Below are positions 12,271 to 25,487 of a DNA stretch of 64,000 bases, one piece after another (the stretch's first letter is position 1; every line of letters begins with the position of its first letter). The notes below the pieces were generated by a model. It saw only the letters and a program-made list of their open reading frames with translations. It was not told the origin of the DNA and searched no databases. Source of the DNA: Eledone cirrhosa (Eukaryota); the NCBI GenBank assembly GCA_964016885.1, contig OZ024740.1:415090001-415154000 (forward strand), given 5' to 3'. The position numbers were made by a program, and so were the translations under genes.

Positions 12271-12715
12271 CATGGTGGCTGCCAACTCGTTTTCGAGTAC
12301 GGCCACTACTTTATATCCATGTAGGCGAAACCCTACCGATGCGCTGAACGAGTGTGACTTTTTAGTCCAGCCAGCGACTTGAAAACTCTGGTACAAACAC
12401 TACACTAGTGACAATTATTGACACCTAGTGCTGGGCCCACGGCACCATGTGACCCGAGGTGTCGTGTGAGATCACTACTCGACCTGCATACCCTTCCACA
12501 AACATCACATGTCGTCGTCTGATGAACACTTATAGTTCCACAGGTGCCTGCTTCCCTGTTCTTGTGCACTCTCAGGTGACTCTTTAGACCTGCCATGCTC
12601 AGACAAACCCTACTACAGGTCTCACATGTCAGGTCAGGCCGTCTGTCAGTGCCTTCGGGAAGGCCAACATGGATTCCTTTCCGGACATCTCTTTTTAGTG
12701 CAAACCACTCAATCT
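12271..12715 (-). mobile_element. RTE LINE 3' end encoding three C2H2-type fingers, with (TATG)n tail at 12209-12270
   Basis: CETC-x12-HLRVH, CDVC-x12-HLGSH, CSVC-x12-HTRSAH; one in-frame stop at ~12405. Confidence 0.85.
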
Positions 12716-13045
12716 TGGGTGCTGGAATGTGCGTACTTTGCTTGATGTTGAAACAAATGTACAGCGACCTGAAAGAAGATCAGCATTGGTTGCCAAGGAG
12801 CTCAGGCGTTATGATATGGATGTTGTGGCCCTCTCGGAAACTCGATTTCACGGTGAGGGCCATTTCACAGAGAAATCCGGTGGATATGCCTTTTTCTGGA
12901 GGGGAAGGAAGGAAGGGAGGAGGAAAGCTGGTGTCGCTTTTGCCATAAAAACAGTTATAACAGACCATCTTCGGGAGCTGCCGACAGGCGTTAGTGACAG
13001 ACTGATCACTGTGAGAGTTCCTCTGGAGGGTGGAAGATATGCAAC
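12714..13045 (+). mobile_element. RTE LINE APE endonuclease N-terminal fragment
   Basis: LGCWNVRTL..PERRSALVAKELRRYDMDVVALSETR..GYAFFW..GVAFAI..SDRLITVR; followed by (TACA)n. Confidence 0.9.
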
Positions 13046-13086
13046 ATACATACATACATACATACATACATACATACATACATACA

Positions 13087-13117
<31 letters not shown>

Positions 13118-13371
13118 GTATGTATGTAGCGAAAGCTAACTTCACTACAACATACATACATAAACACACACATACATACATACATACATACCCAGATGTG
13201 CACGCTTTAGAATGCACATACATGGATAAACATACACATGTTATACAGAGGCTCGCACCTCAGGTATCTTCGACGCCAACACAACAATCGCTCTGAGACA
13301 CAAACCAGCCACCTTTACAATTTTACTATCAAGTATTCATTAAATGGTTTTTTTTTTTGGTTTTTTTTTTA

Positions 13372-13930
13372 GGTGGTGGTAGTGGTGGTGGTTGTGGTGG
13401 AGGTAGTGGTGGTGGTTGTGGGGATGGTGGAGGTAGTGGTGGTGGTGGTGGTGGAGGTAGTGGTGGTGGTGGTGATGGAGGTAGTGGTGGTGGTTGTGGT
13501 GATAGTGGTGGTAGTGGTGGTGGTAGCGTTGGTGGTGGTTGTGGTGATAGTGGTGGTAGTGGTGGTGGTTGTGGTTGTGGTTTTGGTAGTGGCTGTGGTG
13601 GTGGTAGCGTAGGTGGTGGTAGTGGTGGTGGTTGTGGTGATAGTGGTGGTGGTGGTGATAGTGGTGGTGGTGGTGGTGGTGGTGGTGGTGGGATGGTGAT
13701 AGTGGTGGTGGATGGTGATAGTGGTGGTGGTGGTTGTGGTGGTGGTTGTGGTGGTGGTAGCGTTGGTGGTGGTGGTTGTTGTGGTGGTGGTGGTTGTAAT
13801 GGTGATAGTAGTGGTGGTGATAGTGGTCGTAGCGGTAGTGGTGGTTGTGGTGGTGGTGGTTGTGGTGGTGGTAGCGTTAGTGGTGGTGGTTGTGGTGATG
13901 GTGGTGGTGATGGTAGTGGTGGTGATGGTG
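13372..13930. repeat. (GGT)n-based low-complexity array
   Basis: GGT/AGT/TGT/GAT triplet mosaic; the Gly and Val ORFs are by-products. Confidence 0.9.
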
Positions 13931-14479
13931 AGAGAAGTGTGAAATCGTGAGACTGTGCATTAAAGACTTTCTATTAAAGTGGGAACAAAAGATGAGATGC
14001 AACACAGGCTGGGATGGTAAAGCAGCCTTATTATAAGCAAGCGATTAATTGATACTTTATTCATTAACAATCAATTAATCTGTATGAAAAAAATACGACG
14101 AGAAGAAAATAATGTTGTGTGGTCACTAGAAACAGGTCGCCTCGTTATCTTTTCTATTTTATGATTACATTTCATTGGATAGATTAGGGGTGATGTTGGA
14201 TGGAAGTGGACCTGACTGGTCTGTCTGTTGTGAAGTTATCTTCCAACAAAAACGAGGTTAAGCATAGAAATGGAAAAAAAAACCTCTTTAATAATTATAT
14301 CTACCTTTCTCAATTAAACGATTCGTTGGGTAATTAGCTACACAAAACACACATACAAACATTACACACCTATCACCTATCTATCTATCTTTCTATCTCA
14401 CTCTCTATCTCTGTTTCTTTCTCTCACTCCCCCTTCCCTTACCCCCCTCTCTCTCTATATATATATATATTCATATATA

Positions 14480-14654
<175 letters not shown>

Positions 14655-14978
14655 GATTTTAAAAAAATGATTTTCGCTCTACATGGCTGAATGCAATAAA
14701 TGTAATCTGAGTTTTTCGAATATTAATAATAATATTCGATTCATTTGCAATTATGCAAACAAGCCTCATTTTTAAAGCCATGTCAGTAGAATGAGCCCCT
14801 CATTCTTGCTCTTGTGTTGGCATGTAAAACTTCGAAAAACTCAGATTACATTTATTGTGTATATATATATATTATATGTGTGTGTGTGTGTGTGAGTGAG
14901 TGAATGTGTGTGAGTGTGTGTGTGTGTCTATGTGTGTGTATGTGTGTGTATGTGTGTGTGTGTGCGTGTGTGTAAGAA

Positions 14979-15610
14979 CTAGCTGAGTAGCCCGTCGTTG
15001 CCTGGTAATAATCACATTAGTATGCGTTTGTTTCAGTTTTTTTTTATTCCATGCCATCCCATGTCTTCCCTGAAGGAAAGTACCTTTGATAGGGGGTCAT
15101 CCAACGTAAAGATGATCACGGGGATAGCAGGGTTCTTCAAGGTGTAAACCAGCAACTGAAAATGTTTGTCCTTGTGATTTGTTGATAGTCTCACAGGAAA
15201 TTGAAGTTATTTGAATTGAAATGGGACATCAGTGGAAATAAGAGGAATTCTTGGAACAAACGCAACCTCTTCCCTACCACATCCTGTTGAAATGGTGGCT
15301 TGAATCACATGTGGATACATAGTTTTCGCAATCAATCGTTTGCCGTTGAATAGACTTGATGGGTCCAAATTCCTCAATAACATGATGGGTGCTCCTTCTT
15401 TAAACTGAAGGACATGTGGAGGTATTTCTGATGGTTCTAAAGAGTTGAGGAACTCTGTCGGGTAATTGACAGATCCCGACTGTTCCACCACAATGTCGAC
15501 AGATAGATAGAGCTTCGAAACCATTGGAATTCTATTTAACAGCTCTTGATTTACCAATTTCACAGTCACGTTGTTCGTGGCTAATATAGCCCTTTCACTC
15601 AGCCACTACA
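14979..15610 (-). mobile_element. Helitron fragment (Pif1 helicase) with 3' CTAG end
   Basis: YPTEFLNSLEPSEIPPHVLQFKEGAPIMLLRNLDP..NGKRL..FVPRIPL; minus 3' end ccaggcaacgacggg..CTAG|T. Confidence 0.9.
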
Positions 15611-15704
15611 TCAACAATAACAGCTTCAGCAGCACTAGCAGCACCAATTACCAAAATCTATTTACAAAAATCTGAAGACATCTTTAGAACATCTCACTGA
15701 TAAA

Positions 15705-16000
15705 ATGACAATTCAGTCATATTGGTGGCCTCCCCACAGCCCCGGCGGACAGAAGGCGTTTCCAGGAGGACGGCAAGGGAGACGCGCTGGAAAAACCATT
15801 CCAGCTCACGAGGCTCACACCTGCGGCTGGCCAGCTCAGCACCTATGGTGGTGAGTAGGGAGGTAGCCCTAAAACCGAGGACACCAGAAGTCTCCACTGC
15901 CAAAGGGTACAACCGCAAACCTGTCGGAGAGCGATCGGTATTTGAAGAGTTTGGCCTCCTCAACCCGACGTGCAGCAGAACCTGGGAGAGCCTACTGTCT
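15705..16000 (-). mobile_element. CRE-like non-LTR retrotransposon 3' fragment (RLE endonuclease end)
   Basis: PLAVETSGVLG..ELEWFFQRVSLAV matches the P.A.ET.G..G...FQR.S.A..RGN pattern. Confidence 0.7.
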
Positions 16001-16406
16001 GGAAAACTGATATTCAAAATTAGGGAACACTTTTTCTATGAGATGGAATAATGATTCCACCATCATGCCTATGGGACTTGTATCAGTAGGTCTCTTTCTA
16101 TCTACAGGAAGTCTTCCGTCCCCCAGCATTAATAGATTAATAGATAAAAACATCTCGATTTCGTAGTTCCGTAAAAGCTCAAAAGAGATTAGATGCGAAA
16201 AATCTTATAACAGAGGATAGTCATACATCAACATTACAGAAACAATCTTAATTAAATATATATATATATATATATGCAAAAGTTTTATTTAAAATTGTTG
16301 GGTTACAACGAGTAAATATTTTATAACTGATATAAAGCACTCAACAAGTTTTGGAGTAGATATACGATATTAAACAAATGGAAACTATATTTATAAAACC
16401 ATATTT

Positions 16407-16470
16407 ATTTCATTATACATATTTCAGAGATACCATATTAGAAATATGGCATGCCTTCTTCAGATAAAAT
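16407..16470 (-). ncRNA. type I hammerhead ribozyme motif (7111 family)
   Basis: Reverse complement: attttat CTGAAGA aggcatgccatatt..aatatggtatctct GAAA tatgta TA atgaaat. Stem II sequence differs from the 7111 copy but still pairs. Confidence 0.8.
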
Positions 16471-16771
16471 ACAATATATAAGCAGTTTTATAAATAAATT
16501 TGACGTACCATAAATATTGTTCAACTTCCATTAAAAAAGTTGGTTTGGTAGTGAGATGTTTGTAAATATTTAGTGTTAAGCACAGTTAAAAAGAAAGACA
16601 GAGAGAAAGAATAAATGTATGTAAAGAAAAACAGAGAGAGATAGAGAGAGATATGGGAGAGAGAAATAGTGAGGGGGTGAAAAATGAGAGGCAGCTGAGG
16701 CAACAGATGAATAATAATAATAATTTGAGAGATTAAGGAGGGAGGGAGTACTGTAATTATTTATTCATTTA

Positions 16772-17128
16772 TATAAGAAGTGTAAGTCAACAGTATAAAA
16801 TTAGCTTCGGTTATTCATATTCGCTGCTATATATATTTCAATGATAGCCATTATTCAACAGCTATGAGCTCATCAGGCAGTAAGAACTTGAACAGAAAAA
16901 ACAGGAAAACATAATGTTGTAATAGATTTTACCTTGTTAATCCGTTGATATGCTCAGACACAGAGTGTGGTGTTAGTCCTCTAAGGAACTGAAAGCATCC
17001 CCTATTTTTTCTGTTCAAGTTCTTACTGCCTGATGAGGTCATAGCTGTTGAATAATGGCTATCACTAAAATATATATAGCAGCGAATATGAATAAACGAA
17101 GTTAATTTTATCCTGTTGATTTACACTT

Positions 17129-17135
<7 letters not shown>
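16772..17135. mobile_element. fold-back PLE-like terminus with hammerheads at 16824-16880 (-, intact) and 17026-17082 (+, G12A)
   Basis: ctgc CTGATGA gctcatagc...gctatcatt GAAA tatata TA gcag; ~130-bp arms, ~100-bp spacer. Confidence 0.8.
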
Positions 17136-17177
<42 letters not shown>

Positions 17178-17299
17178 GATTGTTTCTGTAATATTGATGC
17201 ATGACTATCCTCTGTTATAGGATTTTTCGCATCTAATCTCTATTGAGCTTTTACGGAACTATTAAATCGAGATGTTTTTATTTCAATTTACTTTTTCTT

Positions 17300-17363
<64 letters not shown>

Positions 17364-17952
17364 GTATATATATATAAGCAAAGGAATATTTAATTTGATG
17401 GTAATTCAACAAATATATTTATAACAGCTTCGAAGCACTCGACAAGTTTTCTGGAGTATAATATCAATGATATTAATAAATGGAAACTATTTTTATAAAA
17501 CCATATTTATTCTATTATATATATTTCAAGGGTACCAAAATACAAAGTTTGTTTTTATAAATATTGACATACCCAGGAATCAGACTTAACGGTTATCTGA
17601 TTCCTGGGTATGTCACTAGTAAGTGCAACACGTGCTACTAGCCATTCGCAGATTTGGATTTGCTGTGTAAACACAGATAGTTAAATCTTCTTCCTTGTTG
17701 AAAATACGGGATTTGGCTACTGTGGTTTACCTAAAGATTGATTGTGAAATATATTTCTTTAAAGAAATATATACAAGGAAGATTAATCCATTTATAAGGT
17801 ATCTATTTTTAAGTTCTAGTTAAACTTTAATTAGTTACCTATATAACTATGTGTGGTTACACACTTTTACAAATTATTCCCTGTGATTGTTTCATATGTT
17901 TATTTTATATATATATATATGTCAATCAATTTCTAGTTGATATATATATATA

Positions 17953-18065
<113 letters not shown>

Positions 18066-18619
18066 TGCCATCACTTCCCCACCCTTTCTGCCTCCTTCTA
18101 CTTCCAGCCCCTTGTTAAACTCTTATACCTCCTTTTCGCTAGAACCCAACATTCCAAGCATGTCCAATTCCGCGGCCTACCTACCATTCGAATATGGATA
18201 ATTACCCGGAACACGGATTACCACGATTTAACCAGTCTTGTGAAGTTGCATGGCTTAGTGGTTAGAGCATTGGGCTTGCAATCGAAATTTCCGCGAGTCT
18301 CCTCTACCACTTTTTCTTCTCCAAATATTACTCCATTTCTTTCCTTCTCTCCTTACCTCCCTTTCTCTCACTACAGGACTCTCCTGCCCTGTCACCTTCC
18401 TTGTTCGTAAATGTATTTTGTCTGACCTTCAACTGATTCTGTGATTGTAGCTCTCTTCTATGTGAGAACATGTAAATATATTACCTATCTGCTACTAGCA
18501 GGGCTATATTAATCACCACCACCACCACCACTACAACCAAAACCACCACAACCAAAACCACCACCACCACCACAACCAAAATCACCACCACCACCACCAC
18601 CACCACCACAACCAAAACT

Positions 18620-19050
18620 GTCCAACAATTCTTTCCTGAGACATTCTAACCACATGCTCATAGTATAGGAGCTGTGGAGATGTAATCTCTCAATTCGGAG
18701 AAGTAGTGGCTCTCCCTGAAGCGACTCTTTGATCTCCGAGCTACGCATATTATTGAGTAACATTAGTCCAAACACCCTTCGGAGGAACCCCCATTTCAGC
18801 CGTTTGTATTCGCGATCGTATTCTTTCGCTTATTACCCAAGATTCATGAATTGAAAATAGCAAGTTTGGTCTTTACACCTACCTCCCTTCTTTTCTTGCA
18901 CTTAATTCAGCCTCCTGCCTTCCATCACCCGAGTTACTTGAACTTCACTTGTTCCAGTGGAACTCCATTCACATGTAGAGTGCACTGCGCAGGACTCCTT
19001 CAGAGGACAAGTGTCTCAGTTTTCGCAGCACTGATTTTCATTCCAGCACA
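18620..19050 (-). mobile_element. decayed RTE-type LINE RT/C-terminal fragment
   Basis: AGMKISAAKTETLVL.. and RIQTAEMGFLRRVFG..SSEIKESLQGEPLLLRIER; adjoins (CCA)n at 18512-18615. Confidence 0.75.
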
Positions 19051-19052
19051 AG

Positions 19053-19119
<67 letters not shown>

Positions 19120-19650
19120 ATATATCTACAACCATTTAACCCCAAACACCACACATGCCCTAACTAAACAGCTTGTTATACACCCCCCAAGCTCATCCCT
19201 GCGCATGCGGACCTACATCCACAAACAGAATACTTTAACACAACATAATAAAAGATTATTCACGCATAGACAATCGATAGATGCTTCCCAAATGGCCACA
19301 CAGTGCATTCTCTAAACCGGTCAAGACTATAGGGGGAGGTAATTCACTATAAAAGCCACACCTCTTACCCCTACACCCCCATTTTCCTACACTCCACACA
19401 AATCACGCCGACCAACGCGTTTTATCGCCTCCTCTCGCAGGTCAGCACGTTTGACAAAAAGATTCAATAAATTTAGAATATTGTCTATAAATATTTTATA
19501 TATAGAACAATACTTCACCTGCGATGACTCAGTTTATGAATAGAAATATATCCTCAAAGATATCTCTGATGATCTATTTCTAGCAATGAAATACGTTATG
19601 ATGCGTAATATATTGTTATAAATAATATATACATATATATATATATATAT

Positions 19651-20087
19651 ATATGGAGAAAAAATTTAGGAAATGGAAATGCGGGTATATAAAATTTATT
19701 AGGTAACAATTGTTTCTATAGTGTATGAGTTACCTATACCTCGCTATTTGAATAATACACAAATATTATCAAAAACCGAAAGTACACTGTAAGCCAACAC
19801 ACCATGTCATCAGACCTTTGTATTAGAATGATATGAAAATATTTTATACACTATTTTATCCTACTTCCTTCTTTATCTTTTATCTAGTGTATAAAATATT
19901 TTCATATCATTCTAATACAAAGGTCTGATGACATGGTGTGTTGGCTTACAGTGTACTTTCGGTTTTTGATAATATTTGTGTATTATTCAAATAGCGAGGT
20001 ATAGGTAACTCATACACTATAGAAACAATTGTTACCTAATAAATTCTATATACCCGCATTTCCATTTCGTAAATTTTTTCTCCATAT
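19651..20087. mobile_element. near-perfect fold-back (~203-bp arms) with intact hammerheads at 19701-19817 (-) and 19921-20037 (+)
   Basis: aggt CTGATGA catggtgtgt...atacactata GAAA caattg TT acct in both arms; insert is TA-flanked. Confidence 0.85.
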
Positions 20088-20211
20088 TTTCTCCGGATTT
20101 TAAAACACACTTTATTATACGTTGAGCAATCTCTGACGTCAGTTGACTCCATCCAATGCAACTACTTAGTAACATTGGAATACAAATTATCTAATTATAT
20201 ATATATATATA

Positions 20212-21907
20212 ATGAAAAATTTGAACAGGGACAGAACAGAGAGGCAGTACAATAAATGTTTATTAAATTCACGCTCAGGAGAGTGGGGGGTAGGTGGGGG
20301 ACGATGTTTCGGGCATAAGCCCTTCCTCAGGTGAGAAGTGTGTGGGAACAGAGTTCAAAAGGTGTGTAGGGGAGTGGTGGAGAGACATATAGCGAAAGGA
20401 AACGGTGCGAATGAAAAGTAACAAATAAAGACAAAAAATATAAAAAATAAAAATAAAGCATGATCAAAATACAAGGAATGAGAAAATTTAAAAATAAAGG
20501 CATGATCAAAATAAACTGAAATTAAAAGGGGGGTAAACAGGTGGTGGAAGGGTGTGGGGTGAGTAGGGGTGGTGGCGGGTGGAGTGGGGAGAGGGAGACG
20601 GGGTGTCCGAGCGGGGAGGGCTGAAGGTGGTGTGTGTGTGTAGGTGTGCGTGTGTGTGTGTGTGTGTGTATGTGAAAGTGAGGGTTGGGGGAAGAACGGG
20701 GTTGCATGTTCAGGAAGAGGTGTGTGTGGGGGGTGTTTTTGTGGGTCGGAGGGTCTGTGCGTGTGTGGATAGGGGGGTGGGGGAGAGGAATCAGGAGGCT
20801 GAGGGTGTAAATATGTGGTGGGAAGCACGTGTGTGTGGGGTTTAAGCGTGTTGTGGGTGTGGGTGGCGTGTGGAGAAAAAATTTTTTTTGGGGTGTGTGT
20901 GTGTGGGTGAGTTATATAGGTGATGATGTAAGAGGATGGTTGAAAAGTTGGTAAGTTTCAAGGATGTTTGGAGATTTGGTTATAAGTCAATTTCTGCGTG
21001 TGGGTAATCCATGAAGCGGTGGTCGGAAGAGGAGAGATGTGGGGTGCGCGCGCAACAGGAAGTGGTCAGCAGTGGGAGTGCTGTGGTCAGTTGGTGCTGG
21101 GAGGTGGTCAGAGGGGCATAGCAGCAGTCGGTGGAATAGTAGGGAGGCGAGGATGGGTAGGTGTGAGAGTTGGAGTGAGGAGGGTGTGCGTGTGTGTGTG
21201 TGTGTGTATTAGTAGGGGTGTTAGTGGGATGAGTGAGTGTGGAGCGGGGAGAGAAGGGTGTGTGTGGTTCTATGGAGGGAGTGTGGTGTACTGGTGTGTG
21301 TGTAGTTTGGTGAAGAGGTGTTAGTGGGTGTTAGTATACGGGAGGTGGGGAGGGGTGGAATGCAGTTGTGAGTGGGGGTTAGTGGTGGTAGGGTGTGTAG
21401 AGTTGGTGGTGTACGAGGGTGTGTGGGTACGTGTGCGTGGGGTTGGGGGGTGTTAGTGATGTTAGTTGCGTGTGGGGTGGGTGGTGTAAGTGGGTGCGTG
21501 TGTGCGTGTGATAAGGAGGGGGAGGAGGAGAAGAGGGGAGGGAAGGGATGTTAGTATGTTAGTTGGGGAAGGGTGGTCAGATGAGGAGTGGGTGGAGATG
21601 TTAGTATTGTTAGTGTGGGGTGGGCGGTGAAAAGGAGGGGTGTGTTAGTGGTGTTAGTGGGGGATAAGTGTGGGGGGAGGGGGGCGGTCGAACGCTAAAG
21701 GAATAAGGGTGGGGAGTTCAGGCCGGGGGGAGTGTGGGTCTGTAAGATGAAGATAGTTCGTTGTTCGACCGTAAGGCGATGGGCGGGTGTTCCGTGGCAC
21801 TGGAGTAGGCCACAGACTGTGAGATGGCGTGCGGAGTGTCCAGGGCCACCAAAGTGGCGGGCGATGGGGGAACTGCCCCCGAGACGAATATCCCGGAGGT
21901 GCTCCAT
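20212..21907 (-). mobile_element. Penelope-like (Neptune-type) 3' fragment: GIY-YIG endonuclease end, long C/A-rich UTR, minimal hammerhead
   Basis: EHLRDI...PIARHF...HS..HLTVCGL...RLTVEQRTIFILQTHTPPGLN. At 20332-20301: ac CTGAGGA agggc ttat gccc GAAA ca TC gt. Confidence 0.85.
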
Positions 21908-21921
21908 ACATATATATATAT

Positions 21922-22338
21922 ATGGTGGCTGCCAACTCGTTTTCGAGTACGGCCACTACTTTATATCCATGTAGGAGAACCTCTACCGATGCGCTGAACG
22001 AGTGTGACTTTTTAGTCCAGCCAGCGACTTGAAAACTCTGGTACAAACACTACACTTGTGACAATTATTGACACAGTGCTGGGCCCATGGTACCATGTGA
22101 GGACAAGTGCAGAGAGATCTCCAGATATAAAGCAATGCCTGTGCCGTGAAGCTTTTATAGTGAGCAAAGGCACTGCACAAAGCCAGTCCCACTCTCTTAA
22201 CCAAGATGATATTTACCAAAAAGAAGAACAAGTCAACATCATTGGATATCATCAGGATAGCAGGTGTTATATCAGAGTTTTCCTTCTCCTAGAATTCTGC
22301 TTTGACAAAGGCTAAGGGGTCATCTCTCCCGGTGATTT
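21922..22338 (-). mobile_element. 5'-truncated copy of the RTE-tailed SINE-like element (see 27103)
   Basis: ~170 nt match the RTE 3' end at 12271; the remainder is collinear with 27275-27519. Confidence 0.8.
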
Positions 22339-22372
22339 TATATGTATATATATATACATACACACACACACG

Positions 22373-22472
<100 letters not shown>

Positions 22473-22482
22473 TATATATATG

Positions 22483-22513
<31 letters not shown>

Positions 22514-22588
22514 TTATTAAAATAACAGATTAAAGTTTAAGCAAAGAATCGCTGCTTTCACCCTTAACGGGATCTTCTGATATATGTA

Positions 22589-22623
<35 letters not shown>

Positions 22624-22647
22624 GTATATATATTTACATATATATAC

Positions 22648-22678
<31 letters not shown>

Positions 22679-22705
22679 CATATATACATATATATACATA
22701 TATAC

Positions 22706-22753
<48 letters not shown>

Positions 22754-23361
22754 GATCGAGTATCGAAAAATCGGCGCACGAGTTCACGAAAAACGAAATT
22801 CGATATGAGCGGCAGAGGGCTCAATAATTCAGATGAATCAGAGCTATAACTATCGTTAAAATACCGTCACATATAGAACAAGTCTACAATCAACCATACG
22901 ATTTAAAATCGATAAAGGAAGATTCGGGCCAAACATATAAAAAATATCAATAAAACAATACGTCAATAATTTAAATGAATGTAAAATCATACCCGGACCC
23001 ACTAGAAAGGTGTTAAATCTAGCTTCATGGGTTTCTGTAAATCCTTAGACTGTACTCTATCAGCTCACATATAAATATAAAAGCCTACTAGAATAAGTGG
23101 AACGGAGTTTACGTTGTCAACGAGTTTTTTCCTGGCGGCAGAGGAGTCAACTAGCGGTGAAAAACGCACATGGCATTAGACAAGGGAGATGACCCCTATA
23201 TCCGCGAAAACAATTCGAGTGAATGTGGAAATACACATATCGAATTAGAGTGCTCCATAGACATGTTAAAATAAAACAAAAGCTATTCATCACTCAATAG
23301 AATCGACAAAAAATGAGCAATAAAATTAACTGGTGGATAGCTATGTCCAGAGCTAACATAC

Positions 23362-23392
<31 letters not shown>

Positions 23393-23645
23393 CATATATA
23401 TACATATATATATATATACATATATATATACATATCAAATTTTTCCTGAGTTCAGTCTTTTTCGTGGCTATGGTCACTGCGGCCCTTCTATCGGTCGCTC
23501 TCTTCATTTTGCAAAGCTGTCTAAACGTAATGTTATAACTCTAGGGTTATATACCCTATCCGAGTGCTTAGCTGCACACCGAAACTGCATTCGTTAGCTT
23601 GGCTGCAACCATGGCTTCGTTGATGCTGTACTAAATTTTGTATAT

Positions 23646-23697
<52 letters not shown>

Positions 23698-24310
23698 GCG
23701 ATAACAAATTATTGTTATAGGTAATCCACTTAGATGTAGTCCAGTTAGGGTACTCCGAGGAGTGGATGGTATCAACGATTGGCTAAGTTTGACTCAACAA
23801 GGCGTTTCCATAGTGATGTTGCGAGTACGCGGTGATTTCTATGTAGTTTACACTTGGAGTAAGGATAAATCAAGAAAGAAGGGTGACACGGTTTGCTATA
23901 CAATAAGGGCTTTAATCACATTGCTGACAATTGGTTCTCTGAACTGGTAGGTCTAGAGATCGCTACCCGCCTGTTTCTGCGTCAATCGATCACCAATACA
24001 TAGTTATAACCAGTCAATTCATCAGAGCTTGCGAGAATGTGATTAAAGCCCTTATTGTATAGCAAATCGTGTCACTCTTCTTTCTAGATTATTTATATAT
24101 ATATATGGGAACAAGCTTAACCCCGACTGCAGAGCTGAAGCCGTTTCGACGGCTATTTCAGAAATAGCCGTCGAAACGGCTTTAGCTCTGTCGTCTGGGT
24201 TAAACATTTTCCTATTACCCACTCTACTACCCTAAGTATTGAGTACTCTGGTGCGCTATGGTCCATCTGGTTAATTACCACACTTACTTCGTTATATATA
24301 TATATATATA

Positions 24311-24918
24311 TCTACTATATAAATTGGAAGTGGTCGGACGTTGTATATTTAAGTAAGTAAGTAAGTGTAGTCGGATAAACGTCGAAATGGCTTGGTGGAA
24401 TGCAGCGAAAATTTACACAGTTATGCAGAATGACCCGAGGAGGCGTTGGGTCCACTGTTAGGGTACAAGCTTGCATGGTTACGGAGAAATCGATGAAACA
24501 GAAATTTCCCATTCAAATTGAACTGAGAGTAATCTGTGAACGCAGAAGTAAATATTTCGAGAAACGTTCCAACCGAACGAAAACAAGAAGACGATATTTT
24601 GGTTCGTGAAGACGTTCCCTGGCAATGAACGGAAAAAAGCGAGGATAATACGTCGTTGTGTGGATCATGAAGAACAATTTCATGCAAAGACAAGACCAAG
24701 TTTATGGTATAAATGGAGTCGTTAGACTAATATTCTATTTAACATAACAGAATGATTTCCAGCCCCGGAGTTTAAGAATGATGTAAATAAAATTGAAAAC
24801 GAAAATGACAGAGGTTATTAAAATAGTAAAAGTAAATAGTGAAGATTTAGGCCAGTACATACGTATGCCCCGACGGACATACACATACATACGCACACAC
24901 AAATACATACCCCCCCCA

Positions 24919-24957
<39 letters not shown>

Positions 24958-24996
24958 ACACACACACACACACACACACATACACACACACACACA

Positions 24997-25042
<46 letters not shown>

Positions 25043-25487
25043 CGCGCGCGTGTATAAACCTTATGCATTTCTACAGTATTTTCACCAAACTTAAGACTTA
25101 GGTTACTTATGTACTCCGGATGGTCATGGGCACTTTCATTTTTACAGATATTGATTATAGAGCCTCCCGGCAGATAACCCCCTTTAACCACTTCCTTGGA
25201 GTCGACTGAAGAACTGCAGTGCAATGCAACAAAACGTCATAACTTCTGGAGTTCGCAACCGATTTTCACAAAACTTGACACATGGGCTACGTTTGTCCTA
25301 CAGATGAATGTAAACTGTCAAAATTGGCAGATATTGAGTAGGGGACCCCTGGGGGGCAGGAACCCTCTTTTGGAAAAAGCTGATGATTTTGTAAAAGTAT
25401 AGTTTTCGAAGTAGCACTGAAGTATTGACATAAATGGTATACACAACTGCTATTTAATACCCGAGCAACGCCGGGTACCTCTGCTAG
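24311..25487 (+). mobile_element. non-autonomous Helitron
   Basis: A|TCTACTATATAAA 5' end; acccgagcaacgccgggt hairpin + CTAG|T 3' end; internal (CA)n. Confidence 0.85.

Noticed and set aside
13357-13950. Gly/Cys-rich structural protein ORF (197 aa)
   Set aside because: Starts at a non-ATG codon in a poly-T run and is a pure GGT-type microsatellite; several frames are open for the same reason.
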